From Proteromonas lacertae (lineage: Eukaryota), in assembly GCA_002245135.1 (NCBI GenBank), contig NGBS01000876.1, positions 1-64,000 of the forward strand: a stretch of 64,000 nt of DNA. Reading direction: 5' to 3'. Below, piece by piece: positions 40,121 to 52,659 of this stretch; positions within the stretch are counted from its first letter, which is position 1, and each line of letters begins with the position of its first letter. The position numbers and the translations under genes are program-made. Below the pieces are notes generated by a model, which saw only the letters and a program-made list of their open reading frames with translations, was not told the DNA's origin and made no database searches.

Positions 40121-41344
40121 ATGGATATATCGCTAGATACACCAAAAGAAATCTTGCTGTCCTTATGTCAGGAGTCTCAAGAAACAATTGAAGAACTACA
40201 AGAAACAGTTTCCAGTTTAAAGACTGAGAACACGAATGTCAAATTGTTCTTTGATCATATCAAACTAACTAATGATCAAATATCAAAAGACAATGAAAAG
40301 TTAAAAAATCAAAATAATAAATTGAAAGAAGACTTAGAGAAGGTAAAAATCGATCTAAAGTGTGCCAATGAAGCCCTTAAGAATGAATCACAGACTCATG
40401 AATCTCAAAAGGAATTATTAAACCAGCGACTAAAAGATGAAGAAGGAGAAGCTGAAATGCTAAAAATGCAGAATAATGAGTCTAAACAAATCATTGGCGA
40501 TTTAGAAGAAGAAATATTACGTCTAAAGAAAATGAATAGTGATTTAGAAGACAAATTGAGAGAATATATGAATAGAAACGAGAGATTGAGTGGTATAGAA
40601 AAAGAGAAAGAGGATTTAGAAAGAGCATTTGAAGAAACGAAAGTAAGAAATGCAGAATTAGCTAAAAAGCAAGAAGATCTTGAGAGAGCATTAGATGAAC
40701 AAGAAGATAGTATAAATCAGCTGAAAGTGCAGAATGAAAACTTAGAAAACACCAATACTTCCTTAGAGAATGAATTAGAAACAGTAAAATCGAATTTAAA
40801 TGAGAAGAAAGAAAAGATCGAAGAATTATCAAATGAGGTAGAGAAATTAACAGCGAATGAAGTTCCACCAGAATTAGTAGTAGAAATGAATGAAAAACAA
40901 GAAGAATTAGAAAATACAATAAAAGATCTAAACAATCAATTAGAAGAGAGAATAAAAGACTTTGAAAATACTGAAAAAGCGAATGAAGAAAATGAATCAG
41001 AAATCCAGAGATTAAAAGATTTATTAGCCTATCAACAAGAAAAGATCAATGCAACAGAGAATGAATTAGCTCAAGCAAACAATGAATTAAGTGAATTGAA
41101 AGAAGATAATGAGAATATGAAAGAGGAAATATCTGGACTTCGAGAATTACCTCCAGGTGTTGAATATTCTGAAGAAGCATTTATGTCTTATTTAACAATG
41201 TTTAAAGATCTTGCTTTATGTGTAGAAGATGCAATAAAAGATTGTAAAAAATACAGTGAAAAAGTAGAACTTTCAATAAAGAATAGCATGAAAAGTATGA
41301 ACAAACAACTAATTTTGTACCTATCAATAATTCTAATGTTGTAA
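40121..41344 (+). CDS. Intronless long coiled-coil (E/K/N-rich) protein inside the insertion; 3' end cut by the junction at 41289
   Basis: 407-aa heptad-rich ORF; the last ~18 codons are an out-of-frame read of the repeated RING gene. Confidence 0.75.
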   Translation: MDISLDTPKEILLSLCQESQETIEELQETVSSLKTENTNVKLFFDHIKLTNDQISKDNEKLKNQNNKLKEDLEKVKIDLKCANEALKNESQTHESQKELLNQRLKDEEGEAEMLKMQNNESKQIIGDLEEEILRLKKMNSDLEDKLREYMNRNERLSGIEKEKEDLERAFEETKVRNAELAKKQEDLERALDEQEDSINQLKVQNENLENTNTSLENELETVKSNLNEKKEKIEELSNEVEKLTANEVPPELVVEMNEKQEELENTIKDLNNQLEERIKDFENTEKANEENESEIQRLKDLLAYQQEKINATENELAQANNELSELKEDNENMKEEISGLRELPPGVEYSEEAFMSYLTMFKDLALCVEDAIKDCKKYSEKVELSIKNSMKSMNKQLILYLSIILML

Positions 41345-42672
41345 TTAATCAAAATTTACCTCAACATCCTTCTGAACCTAATGTTGCCAATTCTACTCTG
41401 CCACATGAGAATGTAGCAGTGACTAACTGTAGCAATGTCAATGTATCACCTCCTACCACTGATCCTTCAGTTAATTCAACTTCAGCTGTGTTAAACACAA
41501 ATTCTACATATTCTATGGAATATATAAAATGGTATTTAGAAAACAAAGACAGTGTAGAATATTATAAAAATGAGAATAATTTTCAGATTCCTACAGAAGA
41601 AGAAATAAGAAATTATTATGTTTATATACAACAACCTCAATCTCAATCACCACCACCTTCTGGACAATATCAGCCACAACAACAACAACAATATCAACCA
41701 CAACCACCACCACCTCCTCAGCAGAAACAATTTTCACCCCCACCCCCACCTGTTACTAATAGAAAAACTATTAAAATAAAAAGGCATAGAAGCAGTTGTG
41801 GTAGTGATAGTGATAATGATAATGACAGTGAAAGTGATGATAATAAAGAGTCAAAAGATAAACCAAAATCAAAATCAAAATCAAAACCTAAAAAGTCAAG
41901 TGAAAGTGATAGTGATAGTGAAGATGAAAATACAAAAGAAAAATCAAATACTAACAAAAACGATGAAAAAAAAAGTGATAAAGAGATTAATAAAAAAAAC
42001 AAAAATAGTCAGCAAACATAATAGAAGAAAATTCTCATCTTCTTCATCTTCTTCTTCAGATGATGATGATGATGATGATGATAATGATAAACATCCAAAT
42101 AAGATGAAATCTACTGTAGAAAAATCAAAAGAACAACCAAAAGAAGTTGAGCAAGCAGTAATTAAGAAAGAGCCAAAATTTGTTGTAGGAACTCCTGAAT
42201 ATGATGTATATATTTTGTGAAATTATTATATATATAGCAACACATGAAAGAATTATTTGGAGATGATTATGAACAACAAATAAAAGGAGACAAAAAGCGA
42301 CAGGAAGAAGCTGATGAATCATTAATGAAATATTACTATGATTTAATAGAAAAGGATGAATTAGATGATGATTGTTCAAAGACTGAATATTTAATAGGAT
42401 GTAAAGTAAATGCGCAAGGATTGTATGACTGTCCAAAATGCAATAAAAAAGATGCAGAAGGTTCAAAAATGTTTTCTTTGAAATGTAGTCATATTTATTG
42501 TTATGACTGTTATAGTGATTATGTTAAAGAAAAAATAGAAGGAGGAGCAACATATAAAAATGTATATATTATTATTATTATTATTATTATAGTTAAAATG
42601 TATGGATGATGAATGTGATGAAAAATTTACATACAATATTTTGAAATATTTGAAAAATGGTGAAGCTTTGTC
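41289..42672 (+). repeat. Direct repeat, copy 2 (5'-truncated RING gene fragment; native 3' end continues to ~42706)
   Basis: Matches 38521-39866 with an extra 36 nt in the Pro/Gln tract and microsatellite differences. Confidence 0.95.
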
Positions 42673-42809
42673 GAAGAAAGTGAAAGAAAATGAGAAAAAG
42701 AAGTAGAGAAGAAGTGAATTAATTAGATTATATATATATTATATTATAATTTGTTATTTTAATAAAGTATGTTTCAAAAATAATAATTCAATATATAATT
42801 ATTTTATAT

Positions 42810-45535
42810 TTAATTAATTGTAGAAGTAATTCTAATCAACCATTTAGCTAATTCAGTTTTCAATTGTACATTCTCACTATTATTATTTGTATTACTACTC
42901 AACACCTCATTCAATCTTTCTATCTCTTTCTTCAATCCATCAACATCAATCTGTAAATATTGAGATAATAAATCGAATATTGAATCAATCTCTAAACCTA
43001 AAGCAGTAAATATATTCTTTACATAACTAATATCAGTATTCAATTGGTTTTTACCATGTATCTTTATATTCTCAATACTCAATATTTCCATAATATAATT
43101 ACCTAACAATCCTTCACTTATAATTATTAACCATTCTATACTACCAGTTATTATGTTCTTATCATCACTCTTTTGAGGTTGTTGTTGTTGTTGTTGAAGA
43201 GGTGGTGGTATTGTTTCATCTATTTCATCATCTTCTCCTGCTATTGTTGTTGTATTTGTCGGACCTACTGAATTATTAACAGTATTGGAAGGTGAAGAAG
43301 TTACATCATTATCATCTTTAGATTTAACAATTGGAATATAATTCTTATTAATTCCTAAAGCTCCACCAAGTGATTTCCATAAACTCAAATTAATATTATT
43401 AATACAATTAAATATCAATATATTAGTAGAAGTTTTAGATGATTCACTCTTTTTTATATCATCTATAGATGAAGAGGACGTTCTAGTTAATGATGGTGTT
43501 GCTGATGATGATTCATCATTATCTAGTGGTTCTAACACTTCTAATAATTGTAAGATACTTTCACCTAAGTGAGTTATATTTGAAGATGGTAAAAGATTAG
43601 TGTCATTAATGATTATACTATCATCATTCCAAATCTATATAATAAATAATATATATATATATATACTGGTGAATTATGGATTGTTTTCAAATCATTAATC
43701 AAATTTCTTGTACATAAATCATATAATAATAATGTAGTTTGCTCAGCTGTTTGTTTTAATTGTTTAAATGAGGATGACAATAATTGGAATGAGAGATTAG
43801 GATCATTGATTGTTTTATATAACTTTATATTCTCAGAATATCTCAACTTTTCATACTGTAAATATAGATCAGACCAACTGAAATCAGAATTTTCACTCAC
43901 CTAATTATAAAATAGAAATAAATAATAATCAATATTACTATACTTTTGGATTTAATATTGAATTCAATGTCTTGAATATCTTATCTCTTAAAATACTTTC
44001 AGTTTCATTTAAACAATATGATAATATTTCAACACTCTTTAATAGGGAAATAGATATATCAACGAAGTTATGATGATAGTTAGAATTCTCAGGTAATGAT
44101 GAAGTGTCTTTTACAATCTTAATCAAATTATTTATCTTTGTATAAAATGATAGAATATTGGTGTTTAATATTCTAATTAAATCTGAAGTATATAATCCAT
44201 TAAAATTAATGAAATTTCTATCAATTGAGGAGTGTATGTAATTGAAATAGTCAGTTATAGTGTTGTTCAAGTTTTCACAATCAGATGAGAATGTATCAAT
44301 ATAATTACTTATATCTTCAATTAATAAAGCAGAATCAGGTAGTATCAAATTATCTAATTTCTTATTCAAGAATTGATTCTCATAATCTGAATATGTAGGA
44401 TTTAAAAATAGTGGAAACAATGTTAATATTTTGTAATACATTTCTTTATACAGTATTTTGTTATTATTGTTACTTTGATATGCTACTAATATACTTTCAA
44501 TAAATTTCAATATTATATTGAATATATTTGGTATTATTTCCACTTGTAATGATGGCAGATGCGTTTCAAAGAGTGATGTTAATGGTGATAACATTGAATT
44601 AAGTAGTAGTGGATATAAGTCTTTTACTTCAATTCCAAGTGTTCCAAATATGATTTCACATCGAGAATGTTCTTTCTGAATACTTCTTTTAGCTGAATCT
44701 AAGAATAATTCAAAAGATTTCACAAATGAGTCTGGATTTATCACCGATTGCCACTCTCTATATATTAGATAGATATAATAATACTTTGTTAATATCGTAT
44801 TCTTTGATTCACAATATATAGTCACTAATTGATCGATTTGTCCAATTTGGTCGAAATATACGCCATATTCTCTTAATGTGTCTATATCTTCTGTTTGTAG
44901 TGCTTGTTTTAATCGAATTTGTAATAAATTCAACAATCTAAATAAATAGATTAAATATACTTTCTTTGAATCTCATCACACTCTTCGTCTCTTTCCTTTT
45001 GCCCTGGCATATAGTTTAATATTGTTCGATAATTGTTGATTTGTGATAATACTCCAGATGCTTCTCTAATGTTATCTGCTTCAAATGCAAGATTAAATTC
45101 TTTCATTAACGTACTCCAATCAGATAAACAGCTCAATCTTTCTTTACATGACTTCATTCTGGTGTATATTTTGTGATGTTGGAATAAGGATAATAATACG
45201 TCTGAATGATTAGCAGAATCTTTAGTGACTAAATTACTAGACAGTGATTGTAATTGAGTATTTAATGCATCAATTTTAAGTTGAATAAGAGGTAACTCTT
45301 GGTTCTATCAAGAAAAAAAAAGGAGAGTGAAAAATACGATTTGAGGAATTGCTGCTATTGATCTATCAACACAATCTTCAATTGCTGATCCAGTTTCATC
45401 AGAAAGTAACTGCAATTTTGTTAATACAGAAGTAATTGCGGTATCTAGTTGGTCTTCTTCAGTTTTCTCAAGAGTTTCGTTTATCCATTTCTTAACATCG
45501 AAGTCATCTCCAGAAAATGCTAAATATTCAGACAT
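42810..45535 (-). CDS. COG7: COG7 (right-arm copy)
   Basis: Mirror of 5096-7821. Confidence 0.88.
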
Positions 45536-45617
45536 AACAGTCAAAAAAAGAAAATCAAATTCAAAGGAATTTAATCCAAAATTTTGGCACCAAATAGAGG
45601 TTTTTGATTTTTATCAA

Positions 45618-46009
45618 ATGTTTCGTGTTCCAGCCAGACAAATAGTACGTTCAGGTGTTAGGTATTTTAAGACTGTAGAAAAAGCAGTACCTGAAGATTT
45701 ACAAGCACCATTATTCGCAGCTGTATACTTTAATCCATAATGAATGTTGTTTAGCAAAAGAAAGATCCATTAGAAGAAGGATGGAAGGGTATGTATTATG
45801 TTGGATTTGGCATTGCTTTTGGTTTAGCCATTATAGGAATGAGGTAAGAATTTTATCGTTTTTAATTAAATAGTTTTGGCCCAAAGACAGATGTTCAGAC
45901 ATGGGCTCGTGAGGAAGCATTAGTTCGTATGGAAATGGAAGAAAATGGTGAGAAAGTAGAGATTGGTCATAACTATGCTGCTGAAAGAAAATTATCTACA
46001 AACTTGTAA
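45618..46009 (+). CDS. NDUFB11: Mitochondrial complex I ESSS/NDUFB11-like subunit; introns 45723-45754 and 45844-45873; not in ORF track
   Basis: Arg-rich presequence MFRVPARQIVRSGVRYF; EGWKGMYYVGF, TM segment, PKTDVQTWAREEALVR (ESSS-family pattern). Confidence 0.82.
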
Positions 46010-46087
46010 TATTTTTATTAATAATAAATTATGAATTGTTTCTGTATAACATCCTACACATACAAATTAAGAAATATAATAATTAAC

Positions 46088-46399
46088 TTATTCAGAAGGA
46101 ACTGCTTCTGTTAACCAAAAAGTTCCACGATTATCCCATCCCATTGCATTTTCGATATGATCCCTAATAACAGGTGGTTTAATTTCTACTAATTTGTTAA
46201 CTAAATCTACTGGATATAATGTATCTGTCTTTATTCGCTTATTAGGTATAAAATCGGGTGATGTCAAAGTGTATGCATTTGTATAGGGGAACGGTGGACG
46301 ATTAACTGCATTGTTGTAGACTTTTGTTGGAGATATACTAAGAAAATCCATATCTAGAGGAGATAAATCATAACAAGGATCATAACTTTCGAAATTCAT
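46088..46399 (-). CDS. Hypothetical 103-aa protein
   Basis: Uninterrupted ORF MNFESYDP...AVPSE* with normal composition; no recognisable motif. Confidence 0.55.
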   Translation of the reverse strand: MNFESYDPCYDLSPLDMDFLSISPTKVYNNAVNRPPFPYTNAYTLTSPDFIPNKRIKTDTLYPVDLVNKLVEIKPPVIRDHIENAMGWDNRGTFWLTEAVPSE

Positions 46400-46543
46400 G
46401 AGCAAAGCAAAAATAAAAATAAGTGAAAATCTGAGGCTTATTATATATATTATCGCAATTTAACTGAATCTATATGGTGGTTGAAAATATTTTCATAAAC
46501 CTATTTAGTATTTTTCAAAATTGTTTTTATAGTGATTGGCAAC

Positions 46544-47175
46544 ATGTCAGAAAATGATAATGGTCGCAAAATGTTAAGTAAAAATGAACAAAGGAGGTTG
46601 AAGTTTATGGATCTCCAGAACAAAGTGCATTTCGCAAATGCTGATTGCCGAAGAAGAAAACAAAAAATAGTCAATAATATAGTTAAAAAAGCGTTAATAG
46701 CACTTGATGACCCCCAAAATGTACCTGTACAAGAATTTAGACGTAATAACCCAAAAAGTGAGAAAATCGATGAGGTATTGGTAATTTTTATAATTTAGTT
46801 TAGGATAAAAAATTAAAACTGATGGAAGAAGAGAAACTAAGGAAAGAAAAGTATTTTTTAGCTAATTATCAACCAGATATGATGATAGACATTCCAGAAA
46901 AATCAGTTTTAGAAAAGCAAATTGAAGAAGCTATAAAATTAAAGGACTTTGATATGGCTGAGTATTATAACAGAAAATTATCAACACTAATCAAAAAGGC
47001 TCAAGTTCAGAAAGCCTTAGATTGTTCAGATTATTTAGAAGAGAAAAGAGTATATTATTATGATTTATTTATTGGTTATAGAAGAAATTTATGAAAAAGA
47101 AGTCTAAAAAGGGTCCTAAGCTTGCATGGAGGTTTACAGCGAAAGAAAGATGGGAACAGAAAGGGTAATTTGTAA
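46544..47175 (+). CDS. FAM204A: FAM204A-like protein, 2 introns
   Basis: LEKQIEEAI..DFDMAE..N.KLST..KALDC..Y and terminal KLAWRFTAKERWEQKGNL*, like the FAM204A C-terminus (LAWGFEAKKRWETKSNM). Confidence 0.78.
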
Positions 47176-47352
47176 TGAATTTTGATATTTTCGTAGAATA
47201 GTCAATTTGTTATTTATTGTAAATTAAAATTATATACTATTGTTGTTGTATGTGAAAATGAAAATAAAAATAAAAAATAGATCACTTTTGCTGTAGTATT
47301 ACAGAGTGTATGTAAAGATCAGATTTAAAAAAAAAACGAAATTTTTCTTTAA

Positions 47353-48393
47353 ATGCAAAATGGCTCTAACGTCTCTGTATTGTGTAATAACAGAGACATA
47401 CAATTTCAAAAATTATTAACTCAAAAAGCTCAACCACTTCCTATAACACCAAGTCCTAAGGACGTTACGAATGTTAATATGATTGATCATCCCCTTAGCT
47501 GTTTTAGTACTATATTCAGTGAGCAAGGTAAATTGGATAAGATGGAAGACACGTATTGTTTTAAAGAGAATATCACCATTAAGGATAGTGAGTTGTCAAT
47601 CTACTGCGTATGACTAATATAATAATTTCAATAGGTATTTGATGGTCATAATGGCAAATTAACAAGCGAATATTTAAGAGATAATTTTATTCAAAGATTT
47701 TGTGATTTATTTTCTGATTCCGGTGATATAAAATCCTCTTTAATGGAGACATTTAATCAAATTGATGTAGAGGTGATTAAGAAATGCAAGGAAAGTAATG
47801 ATGAATCAGGAAGCACAGCAATTTGTGTAATCTATGAAAAGTCTAAGAATCTTATACATATTGCTAATTGTGGTGATTGTAGATGTATTGTATTTAAAAC
47901 TGACACAGTTGTAAATGATGATAAACCATTACCTCCACCAATGTTACAGAATTCATCTAATACTCCATCTTTGAATGTCAAGTCAATCACATCTGATCAT
48001 CGTGTAGAATATTTAACAGAAGAACAACGTGATATTATATTTAAAAAAGGTGGAATCATAGATTATAACTGTATTGGTAGAATGAACTCATTTCCTGATA
48101 TATCAGTGACTAGATCCATTGGTGATGTTAATTATAAAGAACCAACTGATTTATTAATCTCACAACCAGAAGTATATGAATATATTCCTGAATTTAATGG
48201 TTTTATGTTCTTTGCAACCGATGGTATATTCGATGGCATGAAGAATGAGCAAATAGCTCAATTTATAGTGGATAATTACAATGTTACACTTGAAGAAGAG
48301 TATGAGAATATCATTTCCAAATTGTTTTATATTGCTAAAAGAAATTATGATGCTGATGACAATTTAACAGGAATATTACTATCATTTTTGTAA
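47353..48393 (+). CDS. PP2C (PPM) protein phosphatase, 1 intron
   Basis: MEDT, VFDGH, GST, ANCGD, TRSIGD, ATDG and DDNLT motifs all intact. Confidence 0.93.
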
Positions 48394-48638
48394 GTACTAA
48401 TTTAAACAATTAGGTTTTCAAAATCGTAAAATTTTATATTTGTTTTTAATTATATTTTAATTAGGAATATATTATGATAAGATCAATTTAATATTCTTAA
48501 TTAGATTATATTTTATATATTTTAAGTACATTTTCTATTAAGTATATGGTGTTAAAATGAGAATGAAAAAACTGTGTTTTGTTGTAACGGATAGAATCGA
48601 GTCAAACTTTTTCTTCTTTCTTTAAAATTCGATTTTTT

Positions 48639-50060
48639 ATGGTAAGGCGAGTAGGAAAGTATGAAATAGGGAAAACATTAGGAGAAGGTACATTTGGAAA
48701 GTATTTATAATTGTTGTATATTGTTATTAGAGTGAAAATGGCGTTAAATACAGAAACAAATGAGAAAGTCGCTATTAAGATATTGGAAAAAGAAAAAATA
48801 CAGAAACAAAATATGGGAAACCAGATTAAAAAAGAAATATCGGTAATGAAGATGGTTAGGCATAAAAACGTAGTTAATTTAATAGAAGTCTTAGCTAGTA
48901 GAACAAAAATCTTTATAGTATTGGAATTAATTACGGGAGGTGAGTTATTTGATAAAATTGTAAATGCAGGTAGATTGTCAGAAGATGAAGCTAGATTTTA
49001 CTTTTTACAACTTGTAGAAGGTGTAAAATATTGTCACGAACAAGGCGTTTGCCATCGAGACTTGAAACCAGAAAATTTATTATTAGATGATAAATTAAAC
49101 CTTAAAATCTCCGATTTTGGTCTTAGCGCTTTGTATAGTAAAGATGAGAATGGTACAGAAGGTGCAAGTGGTGGTGGTAGTAGTGATGGAAGTGGAGAAG
49201 GATCGAGTGAATTATTACATACCACCTGCGGTACACCTAATTATGTAGCTCCAGAGGTATTATTAGATAAAGGATATGATGGTAGGATAAGTGATATATG
49301 GAGTATGGGTGTGATACTCTTTGTGTTATTAGCAGGATATTTACCATTTGACGAGCCAAACATGTCAGATTTATTTCACAAGATTCAAAGAGCAGATTAT
49401 AAATTTCCCAATTGGTTTAGTAGTGGTGCAAAGTCATTGATTAGAAAGATATTAAATCCAGATCCAGCTAGTAGAATTAAAATAGATGAAATATTAAAAG
49501 ATTCATGGTTAAATAAAGTGAAATATCAAATGAAAGATGGTAGTAGTGATAAAGGAGATGGTTCTGCAGATATAATACCAACAAAAGAACAAGTTTCTAA
49601 TGCAATAGTTGATGTAAATGATACTGGTGATTCTAATACATTAAATGAAGTGATAACATTAACTGCGTTTGATATAGTCAGTGCTTTAGGTACAAATACG
49701 TTGAATAGATTAATAATAGGTGATAATGGAACTCCTAGGAATATATATTTGATATTAATAAACAAAGCTGAAGTGATAGAATCGAAATTAAGGGATATAA
49801 GTAAACAGATCAAAAATAGTGAATTTGAAGTTGTTAATCCTAAAGCGTATATATATGGAATATCGGTGAAGACGGCTAAACCTAAAATATATGTAGAAAT
49901 ACAGTTATATAAGATTAGTGATGATAGTTATATGATGGAAATTGAAAAATTAAGTGGTGATGCGTTAGAATATGTCAAATTTTACAACGAATTAAAGAAG
50001 CATTTATGTGCTAATTTTAAAGAGTGTAATATAATAGGAGGTAATGGAAAATTAGTTTAG
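48639..50060 (+). CDS. CIPK/SnRK3-like Ser/Thr kinase with NAF-like motif; intron 48701-48730
   Basis: [21 protein letters not shown]^[34 protein letters not shown]-terminal LTAFDIVS followed by a KA1-like region. Confidence 0.9.
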
Positions 50061-50217
50061 AAAGAAAGAATTATTAATTCTTTACTTTTTTTCTAGATTT
50101 CTTTTAATATACATTCTACTATGTTGAAAACTGTTGTTTTATTTGTGTGTTTCTGTATTTATCCATAACAAAACATTACAAGTGTATATATATTATTATT
50201 AATATTATATTCTATAA

Positions 50218-51185
50218 TTACAACATATATTGTGGTTTGTTCATCGTACTTTCATCTTCAGGTTCTGGTGTTTGATCATATAATATAAAGTCCTTCTCCT
50301 CATCAATTTCACTTAGATTATTATCAGTGATTTTCAATATAGATGCTCTATTACCTTCTCTGTAGCAGTAATTTGGTACACTCCATACGATCAAACAGTT
50401 ACGATTAGGGAAGAAGAATTTATAACCCTCTTTAGCCAACTGATGTGCTCTACAAATCAAATTCAAATTATTCCATTGACAAAACTGATCAGCAACATCA
50501 CTACCGAAAATATAACCACAACCACGTGGATTTCTACCAAATCCTTTGTAATCTTCCTCTGGATCGGACCATAATAAATCAGCATAAGTACCTGTATTAG
50601 GAACCTCATGTCTACGATCAATAGTTTGAATATAATCAATAGATGATAAATCAGGAGATAAACCGCCATGTACACAAAATACTTGTCCGTTAATCACACC
50701 ACTGATTGGTAGGTAGTCAAATATATCAGTTATATACCTCCAAGCATTCATGTTACCATATTTCTTACTACATTCATCATAAAAACCATATGTCATTGTA
50801 ATTTGTCTCATTTCGTGATTTCCTCGTAATAATGTGATTCTTTCTGGATATAATACCTTTAAACATAATAAGAGTTCTACTGTTTCTACTGAGAAGTGAC
50901 CTCGATCAACATAATCGCCTAAAAACACATATCTTTCATCAGTCTTGTCCATTTCACCACCTAATTCAAATAAATGCTTCAAATCGTAAAATTGACCATG
51001 AATATCACCACATACCCATACAGGGGTTTGAATCATCTATTATAATCTAAAAATGAGTATTATACTTGGACGTTGGCCTCTTCAACTAATATTTCTTTTA
51101 CTTGTTCACAAATAAATCTAAGTTGATTTTCTGTTAATGGAGTTCTTGATTTTACTTGTTCAAAGAGTTGTTTAACATCATACAT
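50218..51185 (-). CDS. PP2A-family (PP6/Sit4- or PP4-like) phosphatase catalytic subunit, 1 intron
   Basis: EEANVQ^[40 protein letters not shown]-terminal QYML. Confidence 0.93.
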
Positions 51186-51397
51186 TGTTTATGATCCCCT
51201 ATTGATTATAATATAAAATATAATAAAGAATATATTAAAAGAAACAAGAAAAACAAAAGATAGTTGGCTATTTAATGAATACTTGACAATTATAAAAACA
51301 AAGATTTCTGACTCGGTCAAATTACAATTCATCAAAACTACTTTATCAAATATAATTCTTTTCAAATCTATTTTGCATTTATTTTTTAATCGTTTTT

Positions 51398-52169
51398 ATG
51401 AGTTATTTACAAGAAGAAAAGGGTTATAATGAAGAGGAAGATGATGATTATGCGCCAGGTATTTTCAATATTACTATTACTAATAGAAATACCTTTGGAT
51501 CAAATTGCTGAACCAGAAAATCATGAGCTTAGAAATAAAAAAGTGGGTGAAGTGGAATATAAAGATGTAAATGAAATATCAGATCACCAAAAAAGAAAAG
51601 TAGATGAAGCTTTTAAAGAATTGTTGTCTTTTAATCAACCTAAAAAGCCCAAAACAAAATCTCAATCATTATCAGCAATGATGAATCAATTGAATTCAAA
51701 AACTAAATCGAAGACAAAAGCTAAAGTAATGTCAAACATATTAACCACCAATAATGATGAAGAGAATTTAAAAAAAGCCAAAGAAGCAGCAGCCAAAATA
51801 GCACAACAATTAAACAAACCAAAAGTAGAAAAAGAAGTAAGATTCGCAGGTAGAACAATAAAAATAACAACAAATGAAAAACAACCTGAAAATAACACAT
51901 CAACTAGAAAGAAGCAGGATGATTTAGACGTATTATTAAACCAATTAAAAGCACCAAAGAATATTTCTACATTAGATAAAACAGCTCATGATTGGGAACA
52001 ATATAAAGACAAGAAAGGAATTAGAGATGAAGTAGAAAAAGCTGCAAAGAATGGATATTTAGAGAAAAAGGACTTTTTATTACGTGTTGATTATAGACAA
52101 TTTGAAAAGGAAAGAGATCAAAGAGAACAAGAAAGAATAAAGAGAGAATTAAATGCAGTAAAGAAGTAG
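51398..52169 (+). CDS. BCNT-C domain protein (Swc5/CFDP1/YETI family), intron 51458-51486
   Basis: Acidic start EEEDDDYAP; STLDKTAHDWEQY, GYLEKKDFLLRVDYRQFEKER. Confidence 0.9.
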
Positions 52170-52659
52170 TGGTTTATTTTATATATTATTTTTGTAGATT
52201 AGTCTTTAACTGATGTGATGTAAGTGTTTTTTATTTATATATTACATTGTATTTTGTTGAATTTCATTATAAAATAATGAAAGGTTGATTCTTGTTTGAT
52301 ATTAATTATTAGTTAAAACCTGAGGTAGTGATACAGCATAAGAAGGTAGTATTTTCTGTAAATCAGTATAATAATCTAAATCAGAGTTATATCAAACAGT
52401 CAACAACTACAATCAATCACCAATCTATACAACCCTGCTTAGTTTACTAATTCAAAGTAAATTAGTCAAGTATTCTATCTCCATCATTTCATTTCTTGGA
52501 TATAAGGGAGATTTGCTCAACTGGATTATATTCAAGGATTATTTATTAGAATTTATAAACATTCAAATGGATTATACTCAAGCTTTTGGAAATTACACAA
52601 CATTCTATTACAATTATTGTTTAGGTCAAATAACATAATATTTATACATTTTTATGCAG

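Larger units (their letters stand above)
31135..50646. repeat. Right arm of large inverted duplication (includes ~2.8 kb of extra sequence at 39867-42672)
   Basis: Reverse complement of 1-16680 with scattered substitutions and microsatellite length differences. Confidence 0.97.

Noticed and set aside
52321..52329. tgaggtagt, matching the 5' end of let-7 miRNA
   Set aside because: The match is only 9 nt, the rest does not match, and no hairpin is evident; expected by chance.
52522..52582. 15-bp direct repeat tggattata(t/c)tcaag, two copies
   Set aside because: Only two copies in AT-rich intergenic DNA; not a CRISPR or satellite array, and no function can be supported.
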